The notes: generated by a model not told the origin, from the letters alone. 64,000 nucleotides of DNA from Candidatus Woesearchaeota archaeon (GCA_964437555.1 CAYTHI010000002.1:7653-71652), one strand, 5' to 3'; positions 16,272 through 25,957 are shown, numbered from the stretch's first letter. Program-made: numbers and translations.

Positions 16272-18548
16272 ATGCCAATTCAAAGCTATCCCCCAACAAC
16301 AGATGCAAAGATAACTGTAGAAAAAACTGTAAAGCGAAAGCCTTCAACAGAAGAGCTTACAACAATAGAAAAGCCAGGCAAGCCAATTCCAGCTTCAGAG
16401 ATGGAAGAATTTGAAAAAGAAAAGCCAAAAAAAACAAAAAAAGCAAGAAGGCAAAATAAGCCAAAAACCCAAGAAGCAACAAAAATAAGCCAAAAGCAGG
16501 ATGCAATATTAATAATAACAGAAAAGCCGCAAGCTGCATTGAAAATTGCCTCTGCATTGGGAGATGCAAGAAAATATTCTGAAAATAATGTTCCTTTCTA
16601 TGAATTGGAGAAAAACAATGAGAAAATAATTGTCGCTTCTGCAGTGGGGCATTTGTTTAATCTTACATATGTGAAAGGCCAGACAGGCTGGCCTATCTTC
16701 AAGACAGAATGGGTCCCATCCTATACTCAAAAAGCTTCCTATACAAAAAATTACTATGATTTAATAAAAAAATTATCAAGAAGGGCAAAAGAAATAATCG
16801 TTTCTACTGATTATGACATAGAAGGAGAAGTAATAGGGTGGAACGTCCTTAGATTTATCTGCAGCAAAGAAGACGCAAAAAGGATGAAATACTCTACATT
16901 AACAAAGCCTGAATTAATAAAATCATATGAAAATGCAATGCCTCATCTGGATTGGGGGCAGGCGTATGCAGGTGAAACAAGGCATGAAATAGACTGGCTT
17001 TACGGAATTAACCTATCAAGGGCATTAATGTCTGCAATAAAAACTACAGGCGGCTTCAAGATACTTTCAATAGGCCGTGTTCAGGGCCCTGCATTAAAAA
17101 TAATAGTGGACAGGGAAAAAGAAATATCAAGCTTCAAATCCAAAGTGTATTGGCAGGTTTTTGCCATTATAGGAAAAAATGAGTTTAAGCATCCCAAAGA
17201 TATTTTTGAAAAGACAGAACTTGAGCAATTTAAAGATATAAAAGAAGCTGACGCAGAAACAAAAGCATCCGAAGAAAATCTGCAGCCTCCGCATCCGTTT
17301 GATTTAACAGCACTGCAAAGAGAAGCATATCGCCTTCATAACTTAAGCCCTTCAAAAACTCTTCAGATAGCGCAGGCATTATACTTAGACGGAGTTATTT
17401 CGTATCCCAGAACTTCCTCGCAAAAAATACCAGAGCAGATAGAGCCAAAAAATATCCTTGAAAAATTAGCTAAGAAATATCCCCAGACAAAATATGCCGT
17501 GAGAAGCAAGCCGGTTGAAGGCGGGAAATCAGACCCTGCTCACCCTTCAATATACCCAACAGGCGAATTTAACAATTCATTAAAAGAAGATGAAAAAGAG
17601 CTATATGAATTAATAGTAAAAAGATTCATAGCCTGCTTTTGCGAGGATGCAATAACAGCAAATAAAAGGATAAAGCTGGCATCATTAAAAGACCCTAAAA
17701 AAACATTTACAGCTTCTGCCCTGACAATAAAAGAAAAAGGCTGGCTGAATGTTTACCCAACAGAATTGCAGGAAAGCTCTTTGCCTGACTTATCAGGAAG
17801 AGTAAAAATAGACAAAATCAGGATTGATGAAAAGCTTACACAGCCTCCGAAAAGATACACGCCTGCTTCTTTAGTCTCCTTACTGGAAAAAAAGAATCTC
17901 GGCACAAAAACAACAAGAAGCATGATTGTAGATACTTTATTTGACCGCGGATATTTAGACGGAAAAAGCATTCAGGCAACTCCTCTTGGTTTAAAACTTA
18001 TTGAAACCCTGGAAAAATATTCTCCGATAATTATTGACGAAAACCTCACAAGAGAATTAGAGGAAAAAATGGAAGAAATTCAGAATTCAAAAGCTGGTTT
18101 TCAGGAAAAGAAAGATAAAGTCATCCATAATGTTGAAAGATTAATCACAGACATCTCAAAAGAATTCAGAATTAATGAAAGAAACATCGGGCAGGATTTA
18201 TTGCAGGGCACACAAGAGTTAAGAGAACAGCAGAAAGAAAACAGCATAATAATGCCCTGCCCTGTCTGCAAAAAAGGGCATTTAGCGATAAAATACTCAA
18301 AAAAGAACAGAAGGCAGTTTGTTGCCTGTGATAATTACCCTGAATGCAAAACAACTTTCTCTCTGCCCCCCGGCGGATTTGTAAAAAAAACAGACAAAGT
18401 TTCAGAAAAAGGCCTGCCAATATTAATTTTATTAAAAAGAGGCAGGCGTCCGTGGGAATTTCCATTCAATCCAAACTGGAAAGCCGAGCAGCAAAAAGAA
18501 CAGCAGGAACATCAAGAACAGAAACCCCAAAAAGATAGCGAAGAATAA
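16272..18548 (+). CDS. topA: DNA topoisomerase, type IA (Topo I/III-like), with a C-terminal C4 zinc ribbon and a Lys/Glu/Pro-rich ~90-aa N-terminal extension
   Basis: TOPRIM begins at AILIITEKPQAA; type IA core motifs (GYISYPRT-like VISYPRTSSQ); CPVCKKG...CDNYPEC zinc ribbon; low-complexity basic N-terminus and acidic/Q-rich C-terminus. Confidence 0.85.
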   Translation: MPIQSYPPTTDAKITVEKTVKRKPSTEELTTIEKPGKPIPASEMEEFEKEKPKKTKKARRQNKPKTQEATKISQKQDAILIITEKPQAALKIASALGDARKYSENNVPFYELEKNNEKIIVASAVGHLFNLTYVKGQTGWPIFKTEWVPSYTQKASYTKNYYDLIKKLSRRAKEIIVSTDYDIEGEVIGWNVLRFICSKEDAKRMKYSTLTKPELIKSYENAMPHLDWGQAYAGETRHEIDWLYGINLSRALMSAIKTTGGFKILSIGRVQGPALKIIVDREKEISSFKSKVYWQVFAIIGKNEFKHPKDIFEKTELEQFKDIKEADAETKASEENLQPPHPFDLTALQREAYRLHNLSPSKTLQIAQALYLDGVISYPRTSSQKIPEQIEPKNILEKLAKKYPQTKYAVRSKPVEGGKSDPAHPSIYPTGEFNNSLKEDEKELYELIVKRFIACFCEDAITANKRIKLASLKDPKKTFTASALTIKEKGWLNVYPTELQESSLPDLSGRVKIDKIRIDEKLTQPPKRYTPASLVSLLEKKNLGTKTTRSMIVDTLFDRGYLDGKSIQATPLGLKLIETLEKYSPIIIDENLTRELEEKMEEIQNSKAGFQEKKDKVIHNVERLITDISKEFRINERNIGQDLLQGTQELREQQKENSIIMPCPVCKKGHLAIKYSKKNRRQFVACDNYPECKTTFSLPPGGFVKKTDKVSEKGLPILILLKRGRRPWEFPFNPNWKAEQQKEQQEHQEQKPQKDSEE

Positions 18549-18630
18549 AAATAAGGTAATTAACAAATGTTTTAAAAATTTATTAGAGGATAAATACTAT
18601 AGAAGAAAAATATATTTAGCTATAACTTAA

Positions 18631-19569
18631 TCACTGCCTGTCAACAAAGAAATTCACAGAATCTTCCTTCCACTCATCATAAAGCGTGCACTGGACTTCC
18701 AGATTATAGAAATCAGGAAACATAGTGTGCTGCAAATTATTGATAACGCCGGAGTGCTGCCTTCCTACTTCCTGGTCAATTGCATCCCAGGGAATGCAAT
18801 CCTCGCGAGTAATATGAGTGCCGTCAACAATTATTCTGCAATATCTATAAACACAAGTGGTATCTTCATTCGTAGTCACTTCTATTGGTGTATGGTCTAA
18901 GAAAACTATTTCATCATCCAGCGGAGCAGTTATTTTTATGTCTATATTGGCATTTTCAGTCTGAAAGCAATATAAATGGGCTCCATTATAATATGCTTGG
19001 TCGCATGCCTGCGATGTAAATTCTGTCCATTTCTTATCATTTGCTGTCAGATCCCCCAAGCCGGCATAATAATTTTCCGCATTATTAATATCCAGTCCTT
19101 GCCAATTATTGCACATCCTTCCTCTCCATTTCTGCCCATTGCTCTTTGTTCCTGTATAAACAAAGCCCCCACTAATGCCTCTGCTAAACTCATCAATAAG
19201 CAGACTTGCTCTTAAATGCCCGTCCACTAAATCTGCTTTATTATCTGCAATGGATATTCCATCAATTCTAATATATCTTCCTTCCGGAATCCTGTCTGCG
19301 GCATTATACTCATCTGTGCTTAGCCATGCAGCAAATGTTCCTGGAAGGTATGCAGCATCGGCAGCTTCCTGGCATAATTCATCTGCCGTTGGAGTTTCCA
19401 ATAAATTAGGATTATAAAATTTAAGGCTCGTAACAAAAACTAAAACATCCTCCGCGTAAGTAGGGCTGTTTTGCACATCTTTGGCAACAGAGATTGAAGA
19501 AACATTAAGGGCAAAAGCAATACCGATAAAAAATATTGCCGAAAAAACACCAATAATTGCGGGTTTCAT
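18631..19569 (-). CDS. Secreted hypothetical protein with signal peptide
   Basis: 312 aa; N-terminus MKPAIIGVFSAIFFIGIAFALNVSS; Cys-containing extracellular-type domain; no firm family. Confidence 0.55.
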   Translation of the reverse strand: MKPAIIGVFSAIFFIGIAFALNVSSISVAKDVQNSPTYAEDVLVFVTSLKFYNPNLLETPTADELCQEAADAAYLPGTFAAWLSTDEYNAADRIPEGRYIRIDGISIADNKADLVDGHLRASLLIDEFSRGISGGFVYTGTKSNGQKWRGRMCNNWQGLDINNAENYYAGLGDLTANDKKWTEFTSQACDQAYYNGAHLYCFQTENANIDIKITAPLDDEIVFLDHTPIEVTTNEDTTCVYRYCRIIVDGTHITREDCIPWDAIDQEVGRQHSGVINNLQHTMFPDFYNLEVQCTLYDEWKEDSVNFFVDRQ

Positions 19570-19622
19570 TTAAGATTTTATTTTCATGGAAACTATTTAA
19601 GCATTTATGTATAAAAACATTA

Positions 19623-19841
19623 TTATGCAACTAAATCCAAATCACTTGACTCAAGACCACTCAATTTTCCCTTTCCGTCGTAAACTAAATACCTCTGCAT
19701 AGGATTGTAGCCATCATTTCTTTGTCCATCAGCATATCTCCTTCCGCTATCAGAAGCAGCAACTGGTTCAACCGCTCTAACAAATGCTGGGTGTTCTGTC
19801 CTTGCAAAAGAATCAGACTGAATGTGGGCTCCGTACATCAT
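19623..19841 (-). CDS. Small hypothetical protein immediately downstream of rpl15e
   Basis: 72-aa ORF starting 2 nt after the rpl15e stop; Ala/Asp/Gly/Arg-rich composition atypical for the window. Confidence 0.3.
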   Translation of the reverse strand: MMYGAHIQSDSFARTEHPAFVRAVEPVAASDSGRRYADGQRNDGYNPMQRYLVYDGKGKLSGLESSDLDLVA

Positions 19842-19842
19842 T

Positions 19843-20427
19843 TTATTTTCCCTTCCTGTTCCAAGCTCTCAACGACGGCCTGACTTTCAAATTGGAGCTC
19901 TTTCCCTTATTGCTGGTCAATCCTCTGGATTTCTTAGCCGCGCTTGTCAATCCTCTTTCAGCCCTCTTCCTGTTTTTATCAGAAGAAATCCATTTGTAAA
20001 CAGGATCGTTTTTAATCTCTGGCTTGCCAGGATCAACCATTATAACTTCATAAAAATAATATTTCCCGTCTTTAGCAAGCAAATATGAATTTAACACTTC
20101 CAGATTCTTAAATTTCTTTGCAGCCCTTATCTCTGCAACCCATTGATAGCTCATCTTTAATGTTTTTCTGACCGTCTGCTTTCTTGTCTTTCTTCCTTTA
20201 ACTCCCTGCCTTTCTCTCTTTCTCCCGCCTCTCTTAACTCTTGAGCGGACAACAACAAATCCTGTTTTATCTTTATAGCCAACGGACCTTGCCCTGTCAA
20301 TTCTCAATGGCTTTTCAGTAACAACTAAAGAGTTTCCTGCTCTCCATGCAATTAATCTGTCTTTTAGCATTTCTCTTGAAGGCTTTCTCCAAGCCTGCTT
20401 CATATAAGAATACATTCCCTTAGCCAT
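19843..20427 (-). CDS. rpl15e: 50S ribosomal protein L15e
   Basis: 194 aa; highly basic; MAKGMYSYMKQAWRKP...GYKDKTGFVVVRSRVKRGGRKR are conserved L15e blocks. Confidence 0.85.
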   Translation of the reverse strand: MAKGMYSYMKQAWRKPSREMLKDRLIAWRAGNSLVVTEKPLRIDRARSVGYKDKTGFVVVRSRVKRGGRKRERQGVKGRKTRKQTVRKTLKMSYQWVAEIRAAKKFKNLEVLNSYLLAKDGKYYFYEVIMVDPGKPEIKNDPVYKWISSDKNRKRAERGLTSAAKKSRGLTSNKGKSSNLKVRPSLRAWNRKGK

Positions 20428-20500
20428 TCAATCAATTCAGAAAACAGCTTTTTAAAACTTGCTGTTATGCTTTTCTCCAGAATAAAAGAAAAAACAACAA

Positions 20501-20510
20501 TTTTATAAAC
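20501..20510 (+). promoter_or_regulatory. TATA-box-like element (TTTTATAAAC) ~25-30 nt upstream of tRNA-Ile
   Basis: Archaeal TATA consensus TTTAWATA-like at the canonical distance from the tRNA 5' end. Confidence 0.45.
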
Positions 20511-20532
20511 GAAGAAATAAAGATTAACTTGT

Positions 20533-20619
20533 GATCCCGTAGCTCAGCCTGGTTAGAGCACTGCTCTGATAAGCCTATCAGAAAGGCAGGGGTCCCAAGT
20601 TCAAATCTTGGCGGGATCA
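20533..20619 (+). tRNA. tRNA-Ile (anticodon GAT) with a 12-nt intron at the canonical 37/38 position
   Basis: Acceptor GATCCCG/CGGGATC, D-arm GCTC-AGCCTGGTTA-GAGC, anticodon stem CTGCT/GGCAG with loop CTGATAA, T-arm CCAAG-TTCAAAT-CTTGG; the inserted GCCTATCAGAAA has TATCAG pairing with CTGATA (BHB-like). Confidence 0.75.
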
Positions 20620-20654
20620 TTCATAAAAGAGCATACTTAAACAAAGAGAGCAAA

Positions 20655-21191
20655 GTGAAAATAATAATCAAAAATAGCAAGAGTTTAACGAAAAAAGATA
20701 CGCAGATTATGAACGAAAAAAGAGTAAAAGAATTTGGAAAAGAAGAGGTCAAGAATTTTAAGAAAGATTATCCATTGAGCTCAAATTACCTTTTTGTAAA
20801 GGATAAATCTGAGATTGTTGCTTTTGGAATAATAAGACCAATAAAAATTAGCTATCTTGGAAAAACATATAATATTTTAGGATTGTGCAGTATAATATCC
20901 ATAGAAAAAGGCAAGGGCTATGGAAAAATTTTAGTTAATGCTATGATTAATATCGTAAAAAAGAAGAAAAAAAGCGCATTAGGATTTACTCTAAAAACAA
21001 AAATATTTGAAAAGATGGGCTTGAAATCCAAAAAAGGACTTATAAGAAAATTCAGATACAAAAATCCAAAAACAGGAAAAGTAGAAATAGATAACGAAGG
21101 AGACGGCATCTATATCAATGGCAAGGATAATCTCATAAATAAAATTCTGTCAACCAAATCAATAGTTTACATCGAAATACCTTTTTGGTAA
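20655..21191 (+). CDS. GNAT-family N-acetyltransferase-like protein
   Basis: 178 aa; KGKGYGKILV resembles GNAT motif A (acetyl-CoA binding). Confidence 0.5.
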   Translation: MKIIIKNSKSLTKKDTQIMNEKRVKEFGKEEVKNFKKDYPLSSNYLFVKDKSEIVAFGIIRPIKISYLGKTYNILGLCSIISIEKGKGYGKILVNAMINIVKKKKKSALGFTLKTKIFEKMGLKSKKGLIRKFRYKNPKTGKVEIDNEGDGIYINGKDNLINKILSTKSIVYIEIPFW

Positions 21192-21210
21192 AAAAAGCTA
21201 ATAGAAAAAA

Positions 21211-21846
21211 TCACTGCAAGCCAAACTCAACAACCAAGCCAGTATTATTTATGGCATATCCCTTTAAAGGTAAATTAACAGGAAGATTATTAACATAAAC
21301 CTTCTTTTTTCCTATTGCCTTGACTTCATATCCTGATTCAACTTTAGAAACAAAAACATCCTGCACACTTTCAATTCCGGGCGCTTCTAATTCATAAATA
21401 ATCTTATCACTCAATCTCCTGACAGAACTTTTGGCTTCTATTCTTGGCAAGCCTGACATTTTCTTAACCTGCTCTGCAGTAATACTAACTTTGTTGCTTT
21501 GCCTCTTTTTTGGCTCTTGTTTCGGAATCCCAAAATGAATCCTTATGCCATTAGGCAAAGTCTCAACACTTGATTCTTCCGCATTCTCTTTAAAGGCAGA
21601 TTTCATCTCCCTATCCAATGCCTTGAATAACCCATTCATTAAAGAGCCTATCATCTTATCTGTAAAACCCATATTTCCTCCTCCGATTAATGGCAATCCC
21701 TCAACATTATTATTTTTTCCAAGCAGGCCATAGTCTCTCATTTCTTTCTCAGGGTTTCTCAAATCACACCCGCAAAAAGGGCAAAAGTCATAGCTGTCTT
21801 TAATCTTCTCATCACACTTAGGACACGCTTTCTTCTTACCGAACAT
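21211..21846 (-). CDS. Zn-ribbon domain protein (hypothetical)
   Basis: N-terminal CPKCDEK...CPFCGC zinc ribbon; rest unassigned. Confidence 0.5.
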   Translation of the reverse strand: MFGKKKACPKCDEKIKDSYDFCPFCGCDLRNPEKEMRDYGLLGKNNNVEGLPLIGGGNMGFTDKMIGSLMNGLFKALDREMKSAFKENAEESSVETLPNGIRIHFGIPKQEPKKRQSNKVSITAEQVKKMSGLPRIEAKSSVRRLSDKIIYELEAPGIESVQDVFVSKVESGYEVKAIGKKKVYVNNLPVNLPLKGYAINNTGLVVEFGLQ

Positions 21847-21889
21847 GATTAATCTAAAAAGACCAAACTTTTAAATCTTTGGGAAGATT

Positions 21890-23284
21890 TTATTTCTCCC
21901 TTATGAGCTTCTTAAACCATACAACATCAGAATGCACCATTCTGAAAGGATGATGGAAATCAACATTTAATCCCTTAATTCTCTCTGTTTTTCTTACTTC
22001 CTCAAGGCGAGGCAGGAAAGAAAATACAACTATAAAGCGCAAAACCGCTGCAAGAGCAAAAACAAACAAAGTAGAGCTCATAAAAGTTATAGGCAGATAA
22101 TCTATCATCAGTCCTCCAAGAATAGAGCCTGCAAACACACCAATCCCGTTTAGCACGCTTGAATAAGCAACAATAATTCCTCTTTTCTGCTGAGAAACGC
22201 CATCATAAATATAATTAGTTGAGCCAATCGTAAAAGCCGCATTGGCTGCTCCTGAAATAAATCCCGGGATAAGAATAAGAAAAACAGGGTCTTTAAGAAA
22301 CATCCAAAACAATGGCGTTAGAGGAAAAGCAAACCCTGCGATGTAAAGCAGCTTAAGATTTCCATACTTATCAGAAAGTTTCCCGGCCAAAGGAGTCAGA
22401 ATTAAATAAAATACAGTTGTGCTCAAAGTTACAATAGTGAAAGTAAGAAGATTAAAATTTAAATCCTTGAGCATGTAGGTTGCAAAAAATGGAGAAGCAA
22501 CCATGATAGAAAAATTAAACAGCGCTTGGAAAACTGCAAATTTCCCTATTGTATCATATCTCTTCAAAAAAGCAATCATTGAAAATTTATCTTTTTTATG
22601 CAGTTTGAGCTGCGGAGAAAAGACCGTTCTTAGCTGATGAAAAGAAACAATTCTCAGAACGAGCGCAACACCGAACAAAATGATATAACCAACAAGCACA
22701 TCTCCGCCTTTCTCAAAAAACCTCAAAACCAAGCCTCCGGCTAAAAATGCACCAAGCCCAAAAATACCAGTTATTCTATTGCGCCTTGCAAAATAATGGC
22801 CCCTGTCCTCTGATGAAACAACATCGCCTATCCAGGAAAAAAATGGGGGTGATTTTACTCCGCTGAAAAAAACAAACAAGGAGTAAACAACAATCAAAAC
22901 ATAAGGCAGAACAGGAACATATAAATTATTCCAAAACAAATAAATGAGTAGAAACATAGGAACCAGCATCACTGATTCCAATAAAGTATAGCGAAGAAGT
23001 ATTTTCTTCCTGGAATGCTTTTCCATCAACTTGCTTCCCAACAAGCTTCCTAAGGGAGAGAGCAAGCCCGAAAATGCGCTTAGAAATCCAATTTGGGAAG
23101 TTGTCGCCTTAAGGGTTTGTGCAAAAGGCACAATAAATGAAGAGCTTAAGTTTGATGAAGCGTCGCTTACAACTCCATGCGAAATAAATCTCTTCCGGGC
23201 ATGCTCTTCAAAATGAATCACGTACGGAGACTGATTCACAATCATCTCTTTTCCTTTAGCCATGCCAAAAGAAAGAAAAGGCAA
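21890..23284 (-). CDS. Major facilitator superfamily-like transporter
   Basis: 464 aa with ~12 predicted hydrophobic helices in a 6+6 arrangement. Confidence 0.6.
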   Translation of the reverse strand: MPFLSFGMAKGKEMIVNQSPYVIHFEEHARKRFISHGVVSDASSNLSSSFIVPFAQTLKATTSQIGFLSAFSGLLSPLGSLLGSKLMEKHSRKKILLRYTLLESVMLVPMFLLIYLFWNNLYVPVLPYVLIVVYSLFVFFSGVKSPPFFSWIGDVVSSEDRGHYFARRNRITGIFGLGAFLAGGLVLRFFEKGGDVLVGYIILFGVALVLRIVSFHQLRTVFSPQLKLHKKDKFSMIAFLKRYDTIGKFAVFQALFNFSIMVASPFFATYMLKDLNFNLLTFTIVTLSTTVFYLILTPLAGKLSDKYGNLKLLYIAGFAFPLTPLFWMFLKDPVFLILIPGFISGAANAAFTIGSTNYIYDGVSQQKRGIIVAYSSVLNGIGVFAGSILGGLMIDYLPITFMSSTLFVFALAAVLRFIVVFSFLPRLEEVRKTERIKGLNVDFHHPFRMVHSDVVWFKKLIREK

Positions 23285-23307
23285 TTAATAAATCTTAAGA
23301 ATAGAAA

Positions 23308-23379
23308 TGCGCCGACCGGGAGTCGAACCCGGATCTCAACCTTGGGAAGGTCGAATCATGACCGCTAGACCATCAGCGC
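23308..23379 (-). tRNA. tRNA-Gly (anticodon CCC), intron-less
   Basis: Minus-strand GCGCTGA...TCGGCGC acceptor, anticodon stem CGACC/GGTTG with loop TTCCCAA, T-arm CCGGG-TTCGACT-CCCGG; 72 nt. Confidence 0.7.
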
Positions 23380-23431
23380 TCTATCTTTTGTAAAAGAACA
23401 AGTTTAAAAACTAAATGGCATCAGAAATAAT

Positions 23432-24328
23432 ATGCAAAATATAGAGTTGCGTTATGATCCTATCACTTCAGAAGGAGACTTGACAGAGGAAGAGTTCACA
23501 AGATATCTTGAACAAAGAGGCCTTGGAACATTAGTAGACAAATTAGTTATAGATCCTGTGGAAGAAGCGCTAAAAAGTCTAAAAAGAAATTTAATAGTTT
23601 TAGGCAATATAAGCCTGTCAAGAACCGAAAAGAGAGGAACATCCACATCATGGAAACCCGCGCTTGATGAACTCGCAACTTTTCTTGATATAAGAGCAGA
23701 CGATGCGCGGGCAATGGCAATGAAAGATGTCACGTATGCAGAAGGTGTTGGATATTGTATTAATGTGGCAGAATGGGGAGAACAAATAAAAAAACAAATC
23801 CAGAGCAATACGGCACAAACTATGAGCATAGGTATAGGATGGCCCAAAGCTAGAAAAGAAGATTATCCTGTAAGGCGTCTGGAAATGCCTGTAAGAGATT
23901 TTAGAAAAGTTGATGAAGAAACTGTAAAAATAGCAATCCAAGTCAGGAAATTTAAAGCAAGTTTGGATAAAGAAGTGGTTACTCCATTCAAAGATAAGGT
24001 TAAAGAATGGCATGCCAGACAAACAGGATATGATTCTGAAAAGATACCTAGTGCAGAAGATAGCCCTGTGCCGCGTGCAAGAAAGATTGGAGAAGGCAAA
24101 TACGTGCTTATACAGCTCGTACGCGTAGAAGATTATGATTACCAGAATGTTGTTCAAACATTAAAAGCAGAACAATCACGGCTCGCTGAAGGAGAAACAT
24201 TTTCATGGTATAGAACAACAAGTGTCAGGAATGATATCTTTGTCAACATAAAAACAGTAAGAGACAGGTTACAGGCAATTAAAGAAAATTCAAAAAAGAT
24301 AAAAGCAAGATATGAGATTGTTCCTTAA
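23432..24328 (+). CDS. Hypothetical protein
   Basis: 298-aa ORF with good coding statistics; no recognisable family. Confidence 0.5.
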   Translation: MQNIELRYDPITSEGDLTEEEFTRYLEQRGLGTLVDKLVIDPVEEALKSLKRNLIVLGNISLSRTEKRGTSTSWKPALDELATFLDIRADDARAMAMKDVTYAEGVGYCINVAEWGEQIKKQIQSNTAQTMSIGIGWPKARKEDYPVRRLEMPVRDFRKVDEETVKIAIQVRKFKASLDKEVVTPFKDKVKEWHARQTGYDSEKIPSAEDSPVPRARKIGEGKYVLIQLVRVEDYDYQNVVQTLKAEQSRLAEGETFSWYRTTSVRNDIFVNIKTVRDRLQAIKENSKKIKARYEIVP

Positions 24329-24365
24329 GCATTATATTTTTATACCTTTCTAATCTTCTCTACTT

Positions 24366-25808
24366 ATGAAAAACAAAAAAACATTTTACATAACAACACC
24401 AATTTACTACCCTAATGATGTTCCTCATTTAGGTCATGCATACACAACAATAGCTGCGGATGTGTTAGCAAGATGGAATAAGCTTCTTGGGAAAAAAGTA
24501 TTTTTCCTTACAGGAACCGACGAGCACGGAAAAAAAATAGAGCAGACTGCAAAAAAGGCAGGAAAAAAGCCAAAGGAATTCGCTGATTCCTTAATACCTG
24601 AATTCAAATCTGCCTGGAAAGACTTAAACATTCAATATGACAGATTCATCAGGACAACTGATAAAGACCATGAAGCAATGGTAAGCAAAATATTGCAAAA
24701 AGTATATGGCAACGGAGACATTTATCTGGGAGAGTATGAAGGATATTACTGCACTTCATGCGAAGCATATTATGCAGAGAAAGATTCTCCGGACTTCAAA
24801 TGCCCTATTCACAAAAAACCCCTTGAAAGACTAAAAGAAAAATCATATTTTTTCAGATTATCAAAATATCAGGATTTTCTTCTTAAATTTTACAGGAAGA
24901 ATCCGGAGTTCATACTCCCTGAAAAAAGAAGAATGGAAATAATAAACAGAGTCAGGGAAGGGCTTCATGATTTCAGCATATCAAGAACTTCTTTTGACTG
25001 GGGCATTCCTCTTCCTTTTGATAAAAAGCATTGTTGCTATGTCTGGTTTGATGCTTTGATAAACTATTACACCGCGACACAATCTTCAAAAGGATTAAAT
25101 AAATTCTGGCCGGCAGATTTGCACGTAATAGGAAAAGATATTTTATGGTTTCATGTTGTTTACTGGCCGGCAATGCTTAAATCAGCCTCTCTCGCTCTGC
25201 CAAAATCTGTTTTCGCTCATGGATGGTGGACTGTGAATAGTGAAAAAATAGGAAAGTCTGCAGGAAATGCAATAAAAATTCAGGATTTAATAAATATAGC
25301 GGGAGTTGATTCAGCGCGCTATTTCCTTCTAAGAGAAACTCCTTTTGGAGAAGACGGGGATTTTTCAGAATCCATGCTAATAGAAAGACATAACAATGAA
25401 TTGGCAAACAAACTTGGCAATTTAGTGTCAAGAGTTTCAGCTTTAGCTGAAAAATATGGATTGGAAAAAACAAAATCCTCTATTGATATAAAACCAACAC
25501 TAAGAACTATTGAATCTCATTTCAACAACTACGAATTAGACAAAGCATTAAGTGAAATCTTTGCATTCATAGACAAATGCAACGAATACGTCCAGGAAAA
25601 AAAGCCATGGGAAACAAAGGACAAGAAAGTTTTGTACGAATTATTAAAGGCAATCAAAGATGTAACAATTCTTCTTTCTCCATTCATGCCGGACACATGC
25701 GAAAAAATCGCAAAAACCTTTAACTTCAAAATTGAATTAAAACAATTAGAAAGGCCATTAAAAATCAGCAAGATTAAAAAATCAGATGTTTTATTTAGGA
25801 AAATATGA
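24366..25808 (+). CDS. metG: Methionyl-tRNA synthetase (catalytic core, short form)
   Basis: HIGH-type motif PHLGHAYTT, TGTDEHG, KMSKS-type KIGKSAGN; 480 aa. Confidence 0.85.
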   Translation: MKNKKTFYITTPIYYPNDVPHLGHAYTTIAADVLARWNKLLGKKVFFLTGTDEHGKKIEQTAKKAGKKPKEFADSLIPEFKSAWKDLNIQYDRFIRTTDKDHEAMVSKILQKVYGNGDIYLGEYEGYYCTSCEAYYAEKDSPDFKCPIHKKPLERLKEKSYFFRLSKYQDFLLKFYRKNPEFILPEKRRMEIINRVREGLHDFSISRTSFDWGIPLPFDKKHCCYVWFDALINYYTATQSSKGLNKFWPADLHVIGKDILWFHVVYWPAMLKSASLALPKSVFAHGWWTVNSEKIGKSAGNAIKIQDLINIAGVDSARYFLLRETPFGEDGDFSESMLIERHNNELANKLGNLVSRVSALAEKYGLEKTKSSIDIKPTLRTIESHFNNYELDKALSEIFAFIDKCNEYVQEKKPWETKDKKVLYELLKAIKDVTILLSPFMPDTCEKIAKTFNFKIELKQLERPLKISKIKKSDVLFRKI

Positions 25809-25957
25809 AATCTCAAAATATAATAAAAAAAGGCGAGAAACAACATATTGCTATATGTAAAAAACCAAACGTGGTTAGTCAAGGGTATACAGCGGAAGAA
25901 GCGATAGGCAATCTGAAAGAGGCAGTAAAATTATATATTAAAGAGATGAATCTCTGA
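25805..25957 (+). CDS. Small HicB/UPF0150-like protein (50 aa)
   Basis: Start overlaps the metG stop (ATGA); QGYTAEEAIGNLKEAVKLYIKE resembles the HicB-like antitoxin fold; absent from the ORF track because it is under 60 aa. Confidence 0.4.
   Translation: MKSQNIIKKGEKQHIAICKKPNVVSQGYTAEEAIGNLKEAVKLYIKEMNL

Noticed and set aside
20533-20619. Interpreting the tRNA-Ile region as a pseudo-tRNA because of the 12 extra nucleotides
   Set aside because: The extra nucleotides sit exactly at the archaeal intron position and pair with the anticodon loop to form a BHB-like motif. An intron is the simpler explanation.
23452-24157. 131-aa and 169-aa minus-strand ORFs opposite the 23432..24328 gene
   Set aside because: Antisense to a longer ORF with better coding character; hydrophobic low-complexity translations typical of AT-rich antisense frames.
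25529-25882. 117-aa minus-strand ORF overlapping the metG 3' end
   Set aside because: Antisense shadow of metG plus the small HicB-like gene.
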